A DNA stretch of 64,000 nt, from positions 1 to 64,000 of the IMG/VR virus record IMGVR_UViG_2593339199_000002; one strand, 5' to 3'. Positions 40,926 through 49,648 of the stretch are shown here, one piece after another. The stretch is from a virus. Its lineage: Duplodnaviria; Caudoviricetes. How positions within the stretch are numbered: the stretch's first letter is position 1; every line of letters begins with the position of its first letter. The position numbers were made by a program, and so were the translations under genes. The notes under the pieces were generated by a model. The model saw only the letters and a program-made list of their open reading frames with translations. It was not told the DNA's origin and did not search any database.

Positions 40926-41402
40926 ATGGCAGATTGGTATTTGGAAGATATTCATGGAGTACGACATAAAGCAGTCATCGCAGCTATGCAGCCTAATCAA
41001 GCCGCTAAAGCAAGATGGACGAAGGGCCTCAGCTGGCACAGGGAGCTCAAGGCAACGGACCGAGAAACATTCGTCCTTATTGACGATGCTACTGGCACCG
41101 CTCAAGGTGCCATTTCCCTGTCCGATGCTGGGGATCACGTCTACATACATTTGCTTGAGAATGCGCCACATAATCGCTCTGTTGCAAATCCAAGGCAATT
41201 TGTGAATGTATCACGGATCCTTATTGGTTTTGCCGGAGCAATCAGTAACTCCTTCGGATACGAGGGCTTCTTGGCTTTGACACCAAAGTCGTCGTTGGAG
41301 GATTATTATGCCCGCCTGTTCAAGGCTTTCCCGCTTCCCGATCGTAAGATGGGCATACATGGTGTTGTCTCAAATCACTGGTACAGGGTATACTATACGT
41401 AG
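40926..41402 (+). CDS. GNAT-family acetyltransferase-like protein
   Basis: VYIHLLENAPHN...V...LI.FA...S...GY.GFL.L.PK..L..YY pattern. Confidence 0.65.
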   Translation: MADWYLEDIHGVRHKAVIAAMQPNQAAKARWTKGLSWHRELKATDRETFVLIDDATGTAQGAISLSDAGDHVYIHLLENAPHNRSVANPRQFVNVSRILIGFAGAISNSFGYEGFLALTPKSSLEDYYARLFKAFPLPDRKMGIHGVVSNHWYRVYYT

Positions 41403-41416
41403 AAGGGCGTGATCTT

Positions 41417-41662
41417 ATGGCGCGTAAAATATTGCACGGTGTCCAAAATGCGAAAGGACAACCTATTCGAGTAACGGTTGGAACTGCTCGTGTAAAAGAG
41501 ACAATCGTTGATCTTGAAAGGCTTGAGATGATTGACCCTCGTGGTATCCATACGGATCCAAGTGGTCGCGATGGCCATACGCCTGAATCTCGGGCAGCTA
41601 TGACCGAGTTCATCCGTAAATGTAAATCCGGCGAAATTGAAATGAAACCAATCGAACTATAG
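41417..41662 (+). CDS. Small protein cotranscribed with the GNAT gene
   Basis: ORF followed by a terminator at 41673-41703. Confidence 0.6.
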   Translation: MARKILHGVQNAKGQPIRVTVGTARVKETIVDLERLEMIDPRGIHTDPSGRDGHTPESRAAMTEFIRKCKSGEIEMKPIEL

Positions 41663-41758
41663 TATTTCCTTGAAGCACTCACATTATGTGGGTGCTTTTT
41701 TTGTTGTCCAAAATGCCTCCATCGGGCAGGCAGCTGAGACTTAATACCACTGGAGGTA

Positions 41759-42034
41759 TTGATGATGATTACGAAACATAAAATGCCCATCGCCGTTATT
41801 GGCCTGCTTATCCTATTCTCCGCGGTCATCTGGCGCAACGTGCAGTCTGATTTCAACAATGTCACCTGGAAGCAATACATAGTCGGATCCGGCGACACCA
41901 TGTGGAGCATTGCGCAAACGTCAACGGTGGATACAAATACGCGCGACATTGTTGCGGTCATGCAGGACTATAACGAGATGCATAACGTTAATCTTCATCC
42001 CGGTGATGTAATCTTGGTCCCGATGTCCAAATAA
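41759..42034 (+). CDS. TM + LysM protein (YneA-like division inhibitor)
   Basis: N-terminal TM; YIVGSGDTMWSIA...LHPGDVILVP. Confidence 0.75.
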   Translation: MMMITKHKMPIAVIGLLILFSAVIWRNVQSDFNNVTWKQYIVGSGDTMWSIAQTSTVDTNTRDIVAVMQDYNEMHNVNLHPGDVILVPMSK

Positions 42035-42072
42035 CCTGACGGCTCGATTATTTACGATATTAATTTCGGAGG

Positions 42073-42519
42073 TTGATATTCATGCATATTAAATTGACAT
42101 GTTGTTTCGAATGCGGCCCGACCAGGCTGATCCCGCCCCATCTTACTAATAACGAGATCAATTGGATTCGGTGTGCCGGCTGCCGCGAGAAAAATCGGGC
42201 GTTCTATCGCGACTTCTGGAGCGAATATGTTGATGCCATGAATAATGGAGATCGTTTAGTTGATGACGGTCGTATTGTTGCTCGCATCAATGGTGAGCAT
42301 TACGTGATCGGATTCGAAGATGAAAAAGGCTATTTCCGCGGTCACGGCGGTAACACTTTCGTCCTTCGGTTTACGAGCGGTCCGCACGCCGGACAGACCT
42401 ATCGCACGACGAATCTCTGGGCTCAAGGCAAGATCAGCCATGGGTTCGAGAAGATCCTCACAGATAATGCTGTCTTCGTGCCGCAGGTCTTTGCCTCACT
42501 TCTTGAGGCGCTGGCCTGA
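42073..42519 (+). CDS. Hypothetical phage protein
   Basis: ORF with GGAGG RBS; CxxC pairs. Confidence 0.6.
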   Translation: MIFMHIKLTCCFECGPTRLIPPHLTNNEINWIRCAGCREKNRAFYRDFWSEYVDAMNNGDRLVDDGRIVARINGEHYVIGFEDEKGYFRGHGGNTFVLRFTSGPHAGQTYRTTNLWAQGKISHGFEKILTDNAVFVPQVFASLLEALA

Positions 42520-42544
42520 CGGCCTATTTCATTTTAACATGCGG

Positions 42545-42621
42545 GCCCCTTCCCGCACTGTAGCATGGTAGTGCCATGCCTGATGATGGCTTCTCTAAGC
42601 CGAAACAGTAATGCAAGGGGC
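42545..42621 (+). ncRNA. Type III hammerhead ribozyme
   Basis: ACTGTA | GCATGG-tagtg-CCATGC | CTGATGA | t-GGCTT-ctct-AAGCC | GAA | ACAGT; complete core with three paired stems. Confidence 0.9.
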
Positions 42622-42629
42622 TGGTCAAT

Positions 42630-42857
42630 ATAGATAAAAAGATCAAAAAGACAAAGCTGTCCCTGGACGATCGCCTGTACATTCTTCAGACGAATCTCCT
42701 CCCGCCTGAGTTACGAATCAAGCTACACCAGGCTGATACCTTGTATTTTCAAAATCAGGACGAACGTGCTGCCGCTCTCATAGCAGAGATCGAGGAATCC
42801 TGTCGTGAGAAGGGCATCACTTTGCATCGCCCCCCATTCTTTCCACTTGGAGACTAA
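42630..42857 (+). CDS. Unannotated 75-aa ORF with probable ATA start
   Basis: AAGGGG RBS at 42615-42620; open frame (I/M)DKKIKKTKLSLDDRLYIL...FFPLGD* ending just before the next gene. Confidence 0.55.
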   Translation: MDKKIKKTKLSLDDRLYILQTNLLPPELRIKLHQADTLYFQNQDERAAALIAEIEESCREKGITLHRPPFFPLGD

Positions 42858-42862
42858 TACAT

Positions 42863-43391
42863 ATGCGTGAAATTATTTTGGTTCGTGTAGTTAATGAGGG
42901 TAAACCTCGTCCGCGTTTAGCTTTGCCTGCTCTCCCTCCTATTCAACCGTTGAAGCTTCTTCCCCGCAATCCGCAGTCTAAACTGTTTGCGTACCAACCA
43001 AGCGACAACTCTCATATTGGCCAACTAATCGATCTGAAAGGATGATTCTCATGATACAACGATTCTTTATTCGTCCGGCCGGCGCCGACTTCGCGATCAT
43101 TGTGGTCGTGGACGGCGCGGAGCAGGAAGTCGAGCGCGGCGGCAAACCTCTGATCAGAGGCAAGTTCCTCCACTATGTGAAGGATCGGAATGCCCTTATT
43201 GAGAAAGTGGGGGCTGTTGCATCATGAAGTGGAAATGGCGCATTGGGATCGGGCTTCTACTCCTGTTCACGATGCGCTTCTGGTTGCATTGGATACTCTT
43301 GCTGGGCCTGATCTTCATGATCGGCTGCATTGTCATCAAAGTTCTTGGCGATGCCCACGAACTGCTCGGTTTTATCAGGCGCAAGCGATGA
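42863..43391 (+). other. Three small coupled CDSs (42863-43045, 43042-43227, 43224-43391 membrane peptide)
   Basis: Overlapping ATGA stop/start junctions. Confidence 0.5.
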
Positions 43392-43818
43392 CGCTTCTCC
43401 CTTGCCCCCTCCAATGACCATACTATGAGTCCCCCCGAAGGGGGCAATGCCGTCCGCTAAATGGACAGACTCCGTGCAACCTATGTAAGTATGTATCATG
43501 GAAATGATCGACCAATCAGTGTTACTTGATTGACTGTCATGCGGCTTTATTCCATAGTGGAACATGCATCTTGTCATGGATCATGTTTCTTTGGGCTCCT
43601 GCCCTTTTTCCAATTCTGGAATCTTGTTGCATGATTCCTTGATTCTTGGTGGTCTGACATGATGCTTGATTAAAAGTGCCACTATATATATTACATAGTG
43701 GCAAACTTGGGGTATTTGAACCCCAGTTTTCTTCCAATTGATGATTTCACATAATTGTCACATGTTGTTCGTATTTGTTCTGGCTGACGCCAAGGTTCAT
43801 TTTGGAGGTGGTTATCCC

Positions 43819-44352
43819 ATGTTCGTCGTACAATATCGCGATCATACGTCCTTCGATGAACTCCGTGTGGATCTGGCGCAGACTGAATCAGATTTGAACA
43901 GCTTTTGGCACCATGACGCATCGGTAATCTCAATTCAGCATGTCTGGGAGATTCCAGATGATGCGCAGTTATTTCGCCTGATTGTTGCAGGCAGCCGTGA
44001 CTTCAACGACTATCCCCTACTCCGCTCCAAGCTGGACTTCTTTCTCCAGCATCAGCCGTATACGATCATTGTGTCCGGCGCGGCCCGCGGTGCTGATTCG
44101 CTCGGTGAAGATTATGCTAAAGAACGCGGCTTGCCGATCGACCAGTTCCCTGCTGACTGGAATCCCCTCCACTTAAAAGGCAAGTTGGATCGCAGTGCAG
44201 GGTATCGTCGGAACGAACAGATGGCGAAAGTTTCACAAGGGTGCGTTTGCTTCTGGGACGGAACTTCACGCGGCACCGAGCATATGATTAATCTCGCCAA
44301 CAAATACAAACTGCAGACCCGCGTGGTCAAATATGAGGAGGAGCTTGTTTGA
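43819..44352 (+). CDS. SLOG-family (DUF2493/YspA-like) protein
   Basis: LIVAGSRDFNDY, SGAARGAD, AGYRRNEQM and FWDGTSRGT. Confidence 0.85.
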   Translation: MFVVQYRDHTSFDELRVDLAQTESDLNSFWHHDASVISIQHVWEIPDDAQLFRLIVAGSRDFNDYPLLRSKLDFFLQHQPYTIIVSGAARGADSLGEDYAKERGLPIDQFPADWNPLHLKGKLDRSAGYRRNEQMAKVSQGCVCFWDGTSRGTEHMINLANKYKLQTRVVKYEEELV

Positions 44353-44798
44353 AAGAGGTAGCGATCTATACTGATGGTGCGTGCAGCGGCAATCCCGGTC
44401 CTGGTGGCTGGGGTGCCGTTTTAATTTATGGCGATATTATCGGTAAATTTAACGGCTGCGAGGCATATTCCACGAATAATCGCATGGAGCTGATCGCCGT
44501 GATCCAAGCCCTTCGGTTACTGAATGAGCCCTGCCGCGTCCGGATTTACAGCGACTCTGCCTTCATCGTAAATTGTTTCAAGCACAAATGGCACGAGCAT
44601 TGGGTGGCCCACAACTGGCGGAACACGCAAAAGCGCAAGGTTGAGCACCGCGAGCTATGGGAGCAGTTGCTCAACCTGAACAAGCTGCATCAAGTCACCT
44701 ATCATAAAGTCGACCGGGATGCCGGCGTGCAGCATAATGTAACCGCTGATCAGCTTGCACGAGAAGCCATCATTATGTATCGCAAGACAATTGCTTAA
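44349..44798 (+). CDS. rnhA: Ribonuclease HI
   Basis: YTDGACSGNPGPGGW, TNNRMEL, YSDS and N..AD.LA. Confidence 0.92.
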   Translation: MKEVAIYTDGACSGNPGPGGWGAVLIYGDIIGKFNGCEAYSTNNRMELIAVIQALRLLNEPCRVRIYSDSAFIVNCFKHKWHEHWVAHNWRNTQKRKVEHRELWEQLLNLNKLHQVTYHKVDRDAGVQHNVTADQLAREAIIMYRKTIA

Positions 44799-44892
44799 TC
44801 CATTTTGTATCCGAATGTATACATATTGTAACTAATTAATGCAAAAGAAAACCGCTGGCGTATGCCAACGGTTGTTTGTATATCCGAGCTTA

Positions 44893-45666
44893 TTAACGAA
44901 GCAGGGACAGAACGCCTTGTGGTGCAGAGTTTGCTTGAGCCAGCATCGATTGGGAAGCTTGAAGAAGAATGTTGTTCTTCGTCAGGTTGACCATCTCGCT
45001 CGCCATGTCCGTATCGCGGATGCGGGACTCGGAAGCCGTCAGGTTCTCGGTCGTCGTGCCCAAGTTGTTGGACGTGTACTCGAGACGGTTTTGAACCGCA
45101 CCCAGCTTGCCACGCTCCGTAGCAACGGCTTTGATCCCATCATTTACTTCAGCCAGCGTAGTCGTGTCATCAAGGCCAATAAAACTAGCCGTGACAATTT
45201 GACCAATATTGATGAGAGTTCCTTTATCGTCAGTAGCGATAGCGACACCGGTTGTGTTGTTGATGTTGATTCCGTTGAACGTGGTGTTAGACATGATGTT
45301 GTCGATTTGACCACCCAGCGCTTTCATCTCTTCGCCGATGTTGGCTTTGTCTTCAGTCGAATACGTGCCGTTAGCATCTTGAACTTTCAGTTCTTTCATT
45401 CGGCTCAGCATTGCGGATACTTCGTTCAGCGCACCCTCAGCCGTTTGAACATAGGAGATGCCGTCTTGCGTATTGCGTTGAGCTTGCTGAAGTCCACGGA
45501 TTTGTCCGCGCATGTTTTCGGAGATCGAAAGACCTGCAGCGTCGTCGGCAGCGCGGTTAATGCGGAGACCCGAAGAAAGCTTCTCCATATTCTTGCCAGC
45601 AGCCGTGTTATTCAGGGCCATGTTGCGGTGCGTGTTGAGCGCGCTAATATTGTGGTTGATAATCAT
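44893..45666 (-). CDS. hag: Flagellin (short, D0/D1 only)
   Basis: MIINHNISAL, KLSSGLRINRAADDAAGL, RIRDTDMASEM and QGVLSLLR. Confidence 0.95.
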   Translation of the reverse strand: MIINHNISALNTHRNMALNNTAAGKNMEKLSSGLRINRAADDAAGLSISENMRGQIRGLQQAQRNTQDGISYVQTAEGALNEVSAMLSRMKELKVQDANGTYSTEDKANIGEEMKALGGQIDNIMSNTTFNGININNTTGVAIATDDKGTLINIGQIVTASFIGLDDTTTLAEVNDGIKAVATERGKLGAVQNRLEYTSNNLGTTTENLTASESRIRDTDMASEMVNLTKNNILLQASQSMLAQANSAPQGVLSLLR

Positions 45667-45725
45667 TTGTATTACCTCCGTGTGTGTTAGGTAGTAGATG
45701 ATTCCTTTCATCTACTTGGATTGAT

Positions 45726-45881
45726 TTACTTATCAGCGATTTCCGCCCTTACAATGGAAATCTCTTTTGGTGCCTCGATCTTTAACCGAAGCATATCGTC
45801 TTCGGTTTTAATAACTGTCACAACGATGTTGCCATTGATAATGATGCTTTCATTGGGTTTTCTACCAAGCACTAGTGCCAT
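45726..45881 (-). CDS. csrA: CsrA carbon storage regulator, 51 aa (not in the ORF track)
   Basis: Own translation MALVLGRKPNESIIINGNIVVTVIKTEDDMLRLKIEAPKEISIVRAEIADK; AAGGAGG RBS. Confidence 0.88.
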   Translation of the reverse strand: MALVLGRKPNESIIINGNIVVTVIKTEDDMLRLKIEAPKEISIVRAEIADK

Positions 45882-45912
45882 AGTACACATCCTCCTTGAT
45901 GTTCTAATAGCT

Positions 45913-45940
45913 ATATCGACCGTACAGATGGCATTGTTTA
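45913..45940 (-). promoter_or_regulatory. SigmaD (sigma28) promoter of csrA-hag
   Basis: Minus-strand TAAA-N16-GTCGATAT versus consensus TAAA-N15/16-GCCGATAT. Confidence 0.75.
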
Positions 45941-46126
45941 TACCTAAATGACATGAAAATTAAAAAAATCCATGGGTCTACTGAATTATTCGTTTTGACG
46001 ATGCAAATCGCTGCAGAATGCAGCATATTAGATCAGATCAGATTTCATTAGATTCTTTTTTAGGAGGAAAATGCCGATGAACGCCTAAGGCAGTACATCC
46101 AGACAAGGAAAGGAGGGAATCAGCCA

Positions 46127-46237
46127 ATGATATACGCCGTCATTATTTTGCAGGTCATCACCATCGTGATCTTATTCGTTACATACACCCTAAACCGAAA
46201 AACCATTAAGATCTACAAGGAAATGAACAAGCGATGA
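46127..46237 (+). CDS. 36-aa single-TM peptide with basic tail
   Basis: AAGGAGGG RBS; MIYAVIILQVITIVILFVTYTLNRKTIKIYKEMNKR. Confidence 0.6.
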   Translation: MIYAVIILQVITIVILFVTYTLNRKTIKIYKEMNKR

Positions 46238-46413
46238 ACCCGTCACGCTTCAGGTAGCGTCAAAGTTAATTAACCGTTCATATTTTCCATAGGAAAATGT
46301 TAAATATTTTCGTATATCCTAATAGTTATATGATTATATTTCTATATTTTCCATGGTTACATGATTCTATTTTCAAAATACCTCATGAAAAAGGAGGCCT
46401 CATCAAGGCCTCC

Positions 46414-47268
46414 TCATTTGTCTTTCTTCACAAACATCCTCACAAACCACGGGAGAGATTTGACGATCTCCTGCTTCATCTCCTGCTGCATCTCCAGCTT
46501 GGCCTGTTTATCATCCTTCAATTCCTTCAATTGCTCTAGGATTACTTTATCCCGCGTATCGACATCCTGACGCATTGTTGAGACGGCCTGCTCGATGAGC
46601 TCTCGTTGCTTATCATCTGTCACGTTTTCTTGAAGGGCAGTAAGCGCACCGGCGATACTCTCGATCTTCTCGTTAATCTCCTCGATCCGATCCTCACCAG
46701 GCAGAAGCAGCTGCATCTTTTCATCCATTCGCTTATCTACAACTTGCGCAATGAACTCGGAGAGCATGCGCATCTGATCTTCCGATGCATTGGAAAACGG
46801 ATCGACCAGCCCTCCCTCCCTGCTGGGGCGTCGGTCATCATCAATTTCATCTCGCTCGAATACGCGAATTTGATCCGACGACACGATGCCTACCAGCTCG
46901 GCACATCGTGAGAGCTTAATGTTCTGCGACTTACGAAGTAGCAGCGCCATTTTGAGGCGGAAGACGGCCTGGTAGTCCATGAGGACGGTCCGGCCACTCA
47001 TACGTGCCTCGATGTAGTGGTTGAGCTGCTTCTGCCAGCTCCGCATGGTCGAAGGCTTGCACAAGAAGTTCGGAGCCTGCTCCTGCGTGCAGTACCACTC
47101 CTCAAACTCGGATGTGGTGTAGTCAACGGCCTCTTTCATGGCCTCTATGTAGTCATCAAAGAGCTCGTCGGTCAAATCTGTCTTCAATATCAGCTTAAAT
47201 AGCGGGTCCTGCCTAAATTCCTGGCTCAGGCGGGCACTCATTACGCCGCCGGTCCCCTGCTCGCTCAT
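46414..47268 (-). CDS. MerR-like HTH + coiled-coil + amphipathic tail protein (TubY/RacA-like)
   Basis: PSTMRSW HTH-like segment, heptad region, C-terminal LPWFVRMFVKK. Confidence 0.6.
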   Translation of the reverse strand: MSEQGTGGVMSARLSQEFRQDPLFKLILKTDLTDELFDDYIEAMKEAVDYTTSEFEEWYCTQEQAPNFLCKPSTMRSWQKQLNHYIEARMSGRTVLMDYQAVFRLKMALLLRKSQNIKLSRCAELVGIVSSDQIRVFERDEIDDDRRPSREGGLVDPFSNASEDQMRMLSEFIAQVVDKRMDEKMQLLLPGEDRIEEINEKIESIAGALTALQENVTDDKQRELIEQAVSTMRQDVDTRDKVILEQLKELKDDKQAKLEMQQEMKQEIVKSLPWFVRMFVKKDK

Positions 47269-47543
47269 CAGATCACCTCAGGTTATATTTTAACCTAATC
47301 TGGTCTGATCTGTCACGATTTAAGCTGGATCAGCCTCCATTATTATCGATCAGGCTCCATCAAACTCTATTAGTATTGATTATATTTCATCAGATTCTAT
47401 CAGATTAAGCTTTCTTATTCTATTCTGTTTATTTCTGATTAAATCTGAATCAATTTAAAACGGTATACATCCGAACACATTAGATCAGATTCTATCAGCT
47501 AATTTTCTGATGTAATCTGAGGTGAAAGGGGAGGGCGGTTTCC

Positions 47544-48152
47544 ATGCGGAAGCAGATTTTCGGTGTTTTTTGGGCGGCGGCCATGATGGCGCCTGGTATC
47601 ACCATGAATTTCGTACCAAAACTAGCGGCGGCCGGCATCTTCGCCGCGGCCATCGCGCTTAACGCCTACATTTTAGGGAACATGACGTGGCAAAAGCATG
47701 CCATGACCGATAAATTGACGGGTCTGCGTAACAGGGCAGCACTCGATCAACAGCTGAAGGTATATCGGAAGCGCCAGGTGTCGGTGCTCATGATCGACAT
47801 CGATAATTTCAAGTCCATCAACGATTCCTTCGGACACGCGATAGGGGATGGGGTCCTTTATGATGTGGCCAATACGATGATGAGCCAAATTCGAGGTGCT
47901 GACATCTACCGCTATGGGGGAGAGGAGTTCACGATCATCTTGCCTGGATTGCAGATACGAGAGAGCTATGCGATCGCAGAGCGCCTTCGGAAAGCCGTAG
48001 AGCAACACGTTCACGTTTATGGAAGGCCCGTGACGATTTCAATCGGCGTAGCCAGCTGCTCAGATATCAAGCTGGCGATGAAGCAGGCGGATGAATGCCT
48101 GTACGAATCCAAGCAACGAGGGAGGAATGCCACAACTGCTTGTGCATGTTGA
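47544..48152 (+). CDS. Membrane-anchored diguanylate cyclase
   Basis: TDKLTGLRNR, DIDNFKSINDSFGH..GD, RYGGEEF and K..GRN. Confidence 0.92.
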   Translation: MRKQIFGVFWAAAMMAPGITMNFVPKLAAAGIFAAAIALNAYILGNMTWQKHAMTDKLTGLRNRAALDQQLKVYRKRQVSVLMIDIDNFKSINDSFGHAIGDGVLYDVANTMMSQIRGADIYRYGGEEFTIILPGLQIRESYAIAERLRKAVEQHVHVYGRPVTISIGVASCSDIKLAMKQADECLYESKQRGRNATTACAC

Positions 48153-48236
48153 GCCTGACGGCTCGTTTCATATTAGAATCTGACCGCCATCGTGCGGTCT
48201 TTTTTTATTCCATTGAAGGGAGGAAGCCGCGTGGCC

Positions 48237-48740
48237 ATGCCTGAAGGCAAATTAGGGTTCGATAAGCTCCGGGTAGAAATGTGGGTGTCTGGAACAGCAG
48301 GGGAGGATGGTGCAGGTGGATACTGTGCTCATTTGCACAGCGTGCTTGATGGGCAGAAGTACACCAAGACTATCGCAGGCTTTGGGAACGGCGTGACGCC
48401 GACCCGTATGACATTGAAAGCCGTACTGGAAGGACTCAAGCAAATTAAGAACAAGTGCTTCATTCACATCTATACAGGTATCCCGCAGGTGAGCGCCGGC
48501 ATGAACAAGCACATTCATCGCTGGGCGAAAAAAGATTTCAAAGGAGCCAGCGGCCAGGATCTCCAGCACGAAGATCTCTGGCGCCAGATCCATTTCCTCT
48601 TGGAGGAAAGGGTGATGTCCTACAAGGTGCATTATCTAGGTGACAGCCCGAAGCCGGACAACAATATTATGGTGATCCATACGGCCAGCCAGTATGCACA
48701 GAAGGCACGCAAAAACTTCATGGAGGTGTCGATCGGATGA
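48237..48740 (+). CDS. RNase H-fold protein lacking catalytic carboxylates
   Basis: Aligns by eye with RNase HI (RMTLKAV, DLWRQI) but D/E/D positions are replaced. Confidence 0.7.
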   Translation: MPEGKLGFDKLRVEMWVSGTAGEDGAGGYCAHLHSVLDGQKYTKTIAGFGNGVTPTRMTLKAVLEGLKQIKNKCFIHIYTGIPQVSAGMNKHIHRWAKKDFKGASGQDLQHEDLWRQIHFLLEERVMSYKVHYLGDSPKPDNNIMVIHTASQYAQKARKNFMEVSIG

Positions 48741-49479
48741 ATCGCATAGGCCCGATCATGGATCGGATTATCGATAGCACGCTGCTGCTGGTCCTTAGCC
48801 TTGTTATCTTGACCGTAGCTTCTTTCGCACTCAGCATATACGCACTCATTCTGTTCATCGCGCTGATCGTGCTTTTTGCATGCTATGTGCGATGGTCTGT
48901 ACAAACCGAACCAGTTGAGGAGGATCACCAACATGACGATGGTCACAACAACATGCAGCCTTTGTCGCACCGACGTCACGCTTGATTTTGAAAACCTGTC
49001 GCATGACGAGGCCGTCGAAAGACTTCGCAAGCTCGATAAAAAGGCGATGGAATGCCCAGGCATGCATGTCGAGATGGGCGGCTGGTACAAGCGCTGGAAG
49101 TTGGATGAGGCGCTTCGCGCAGCCTATCCGGATCATTACACCAATGGAGCCTGACGGCTCGTTTCATGCTGATCTACATATTAGAGAGGAGATCTCCATC
49201 ATGCATATAGCTTCTGTCGTTGCAAACCACCTCATCAATGCCGGCTCTAAAGCCGAGATTCAAAGCACACTTCAATCTTGCCGTTCGCATACCGAGCAGC
49301 ACGATGCATTGAAAATGGCTGCGGATCATATTCTGCTGGCCGTTGAATCGAATATCGCACAAAAGAATCATCAAGTCGCAATCTGGGAGCTCTCGAAGCT
49401 GGCGATCGTGGAAGACGAACTGCTGAAGGCGGAGCGTCGCATGAATCACGTATTATCGCTCACAGGAGCACGCCTCTAA
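48737..49479 (+). other. Three small CDSs (48737-48985 membrane, 48933-49154 Cys-containing, 49201-49479)
   Basis: ORFs with plausible RBSs. Confidence 0.5.
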
Positions 49480-49648
49480 TGCTTTGGCTTGGTGCATTCA
49501 TGATCATCGTTCTATCAGGGCAGGTGTGGTGCCTGCCCCTATTGTTCATTTTCTTTTTTATTGTAATGGCTAACAAGAAGATCAATTAGGCGCCTGACGG
49601 CGCGATTCATCTTAGCTAATATCCAATTTCCCGAGGAGGAAACTAACC

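Noticed and set aside
44839-45951. Plus-strand ORFs 44839..45690 and 45721..45951
   Set aside because: Antisense to flagellin and csrA
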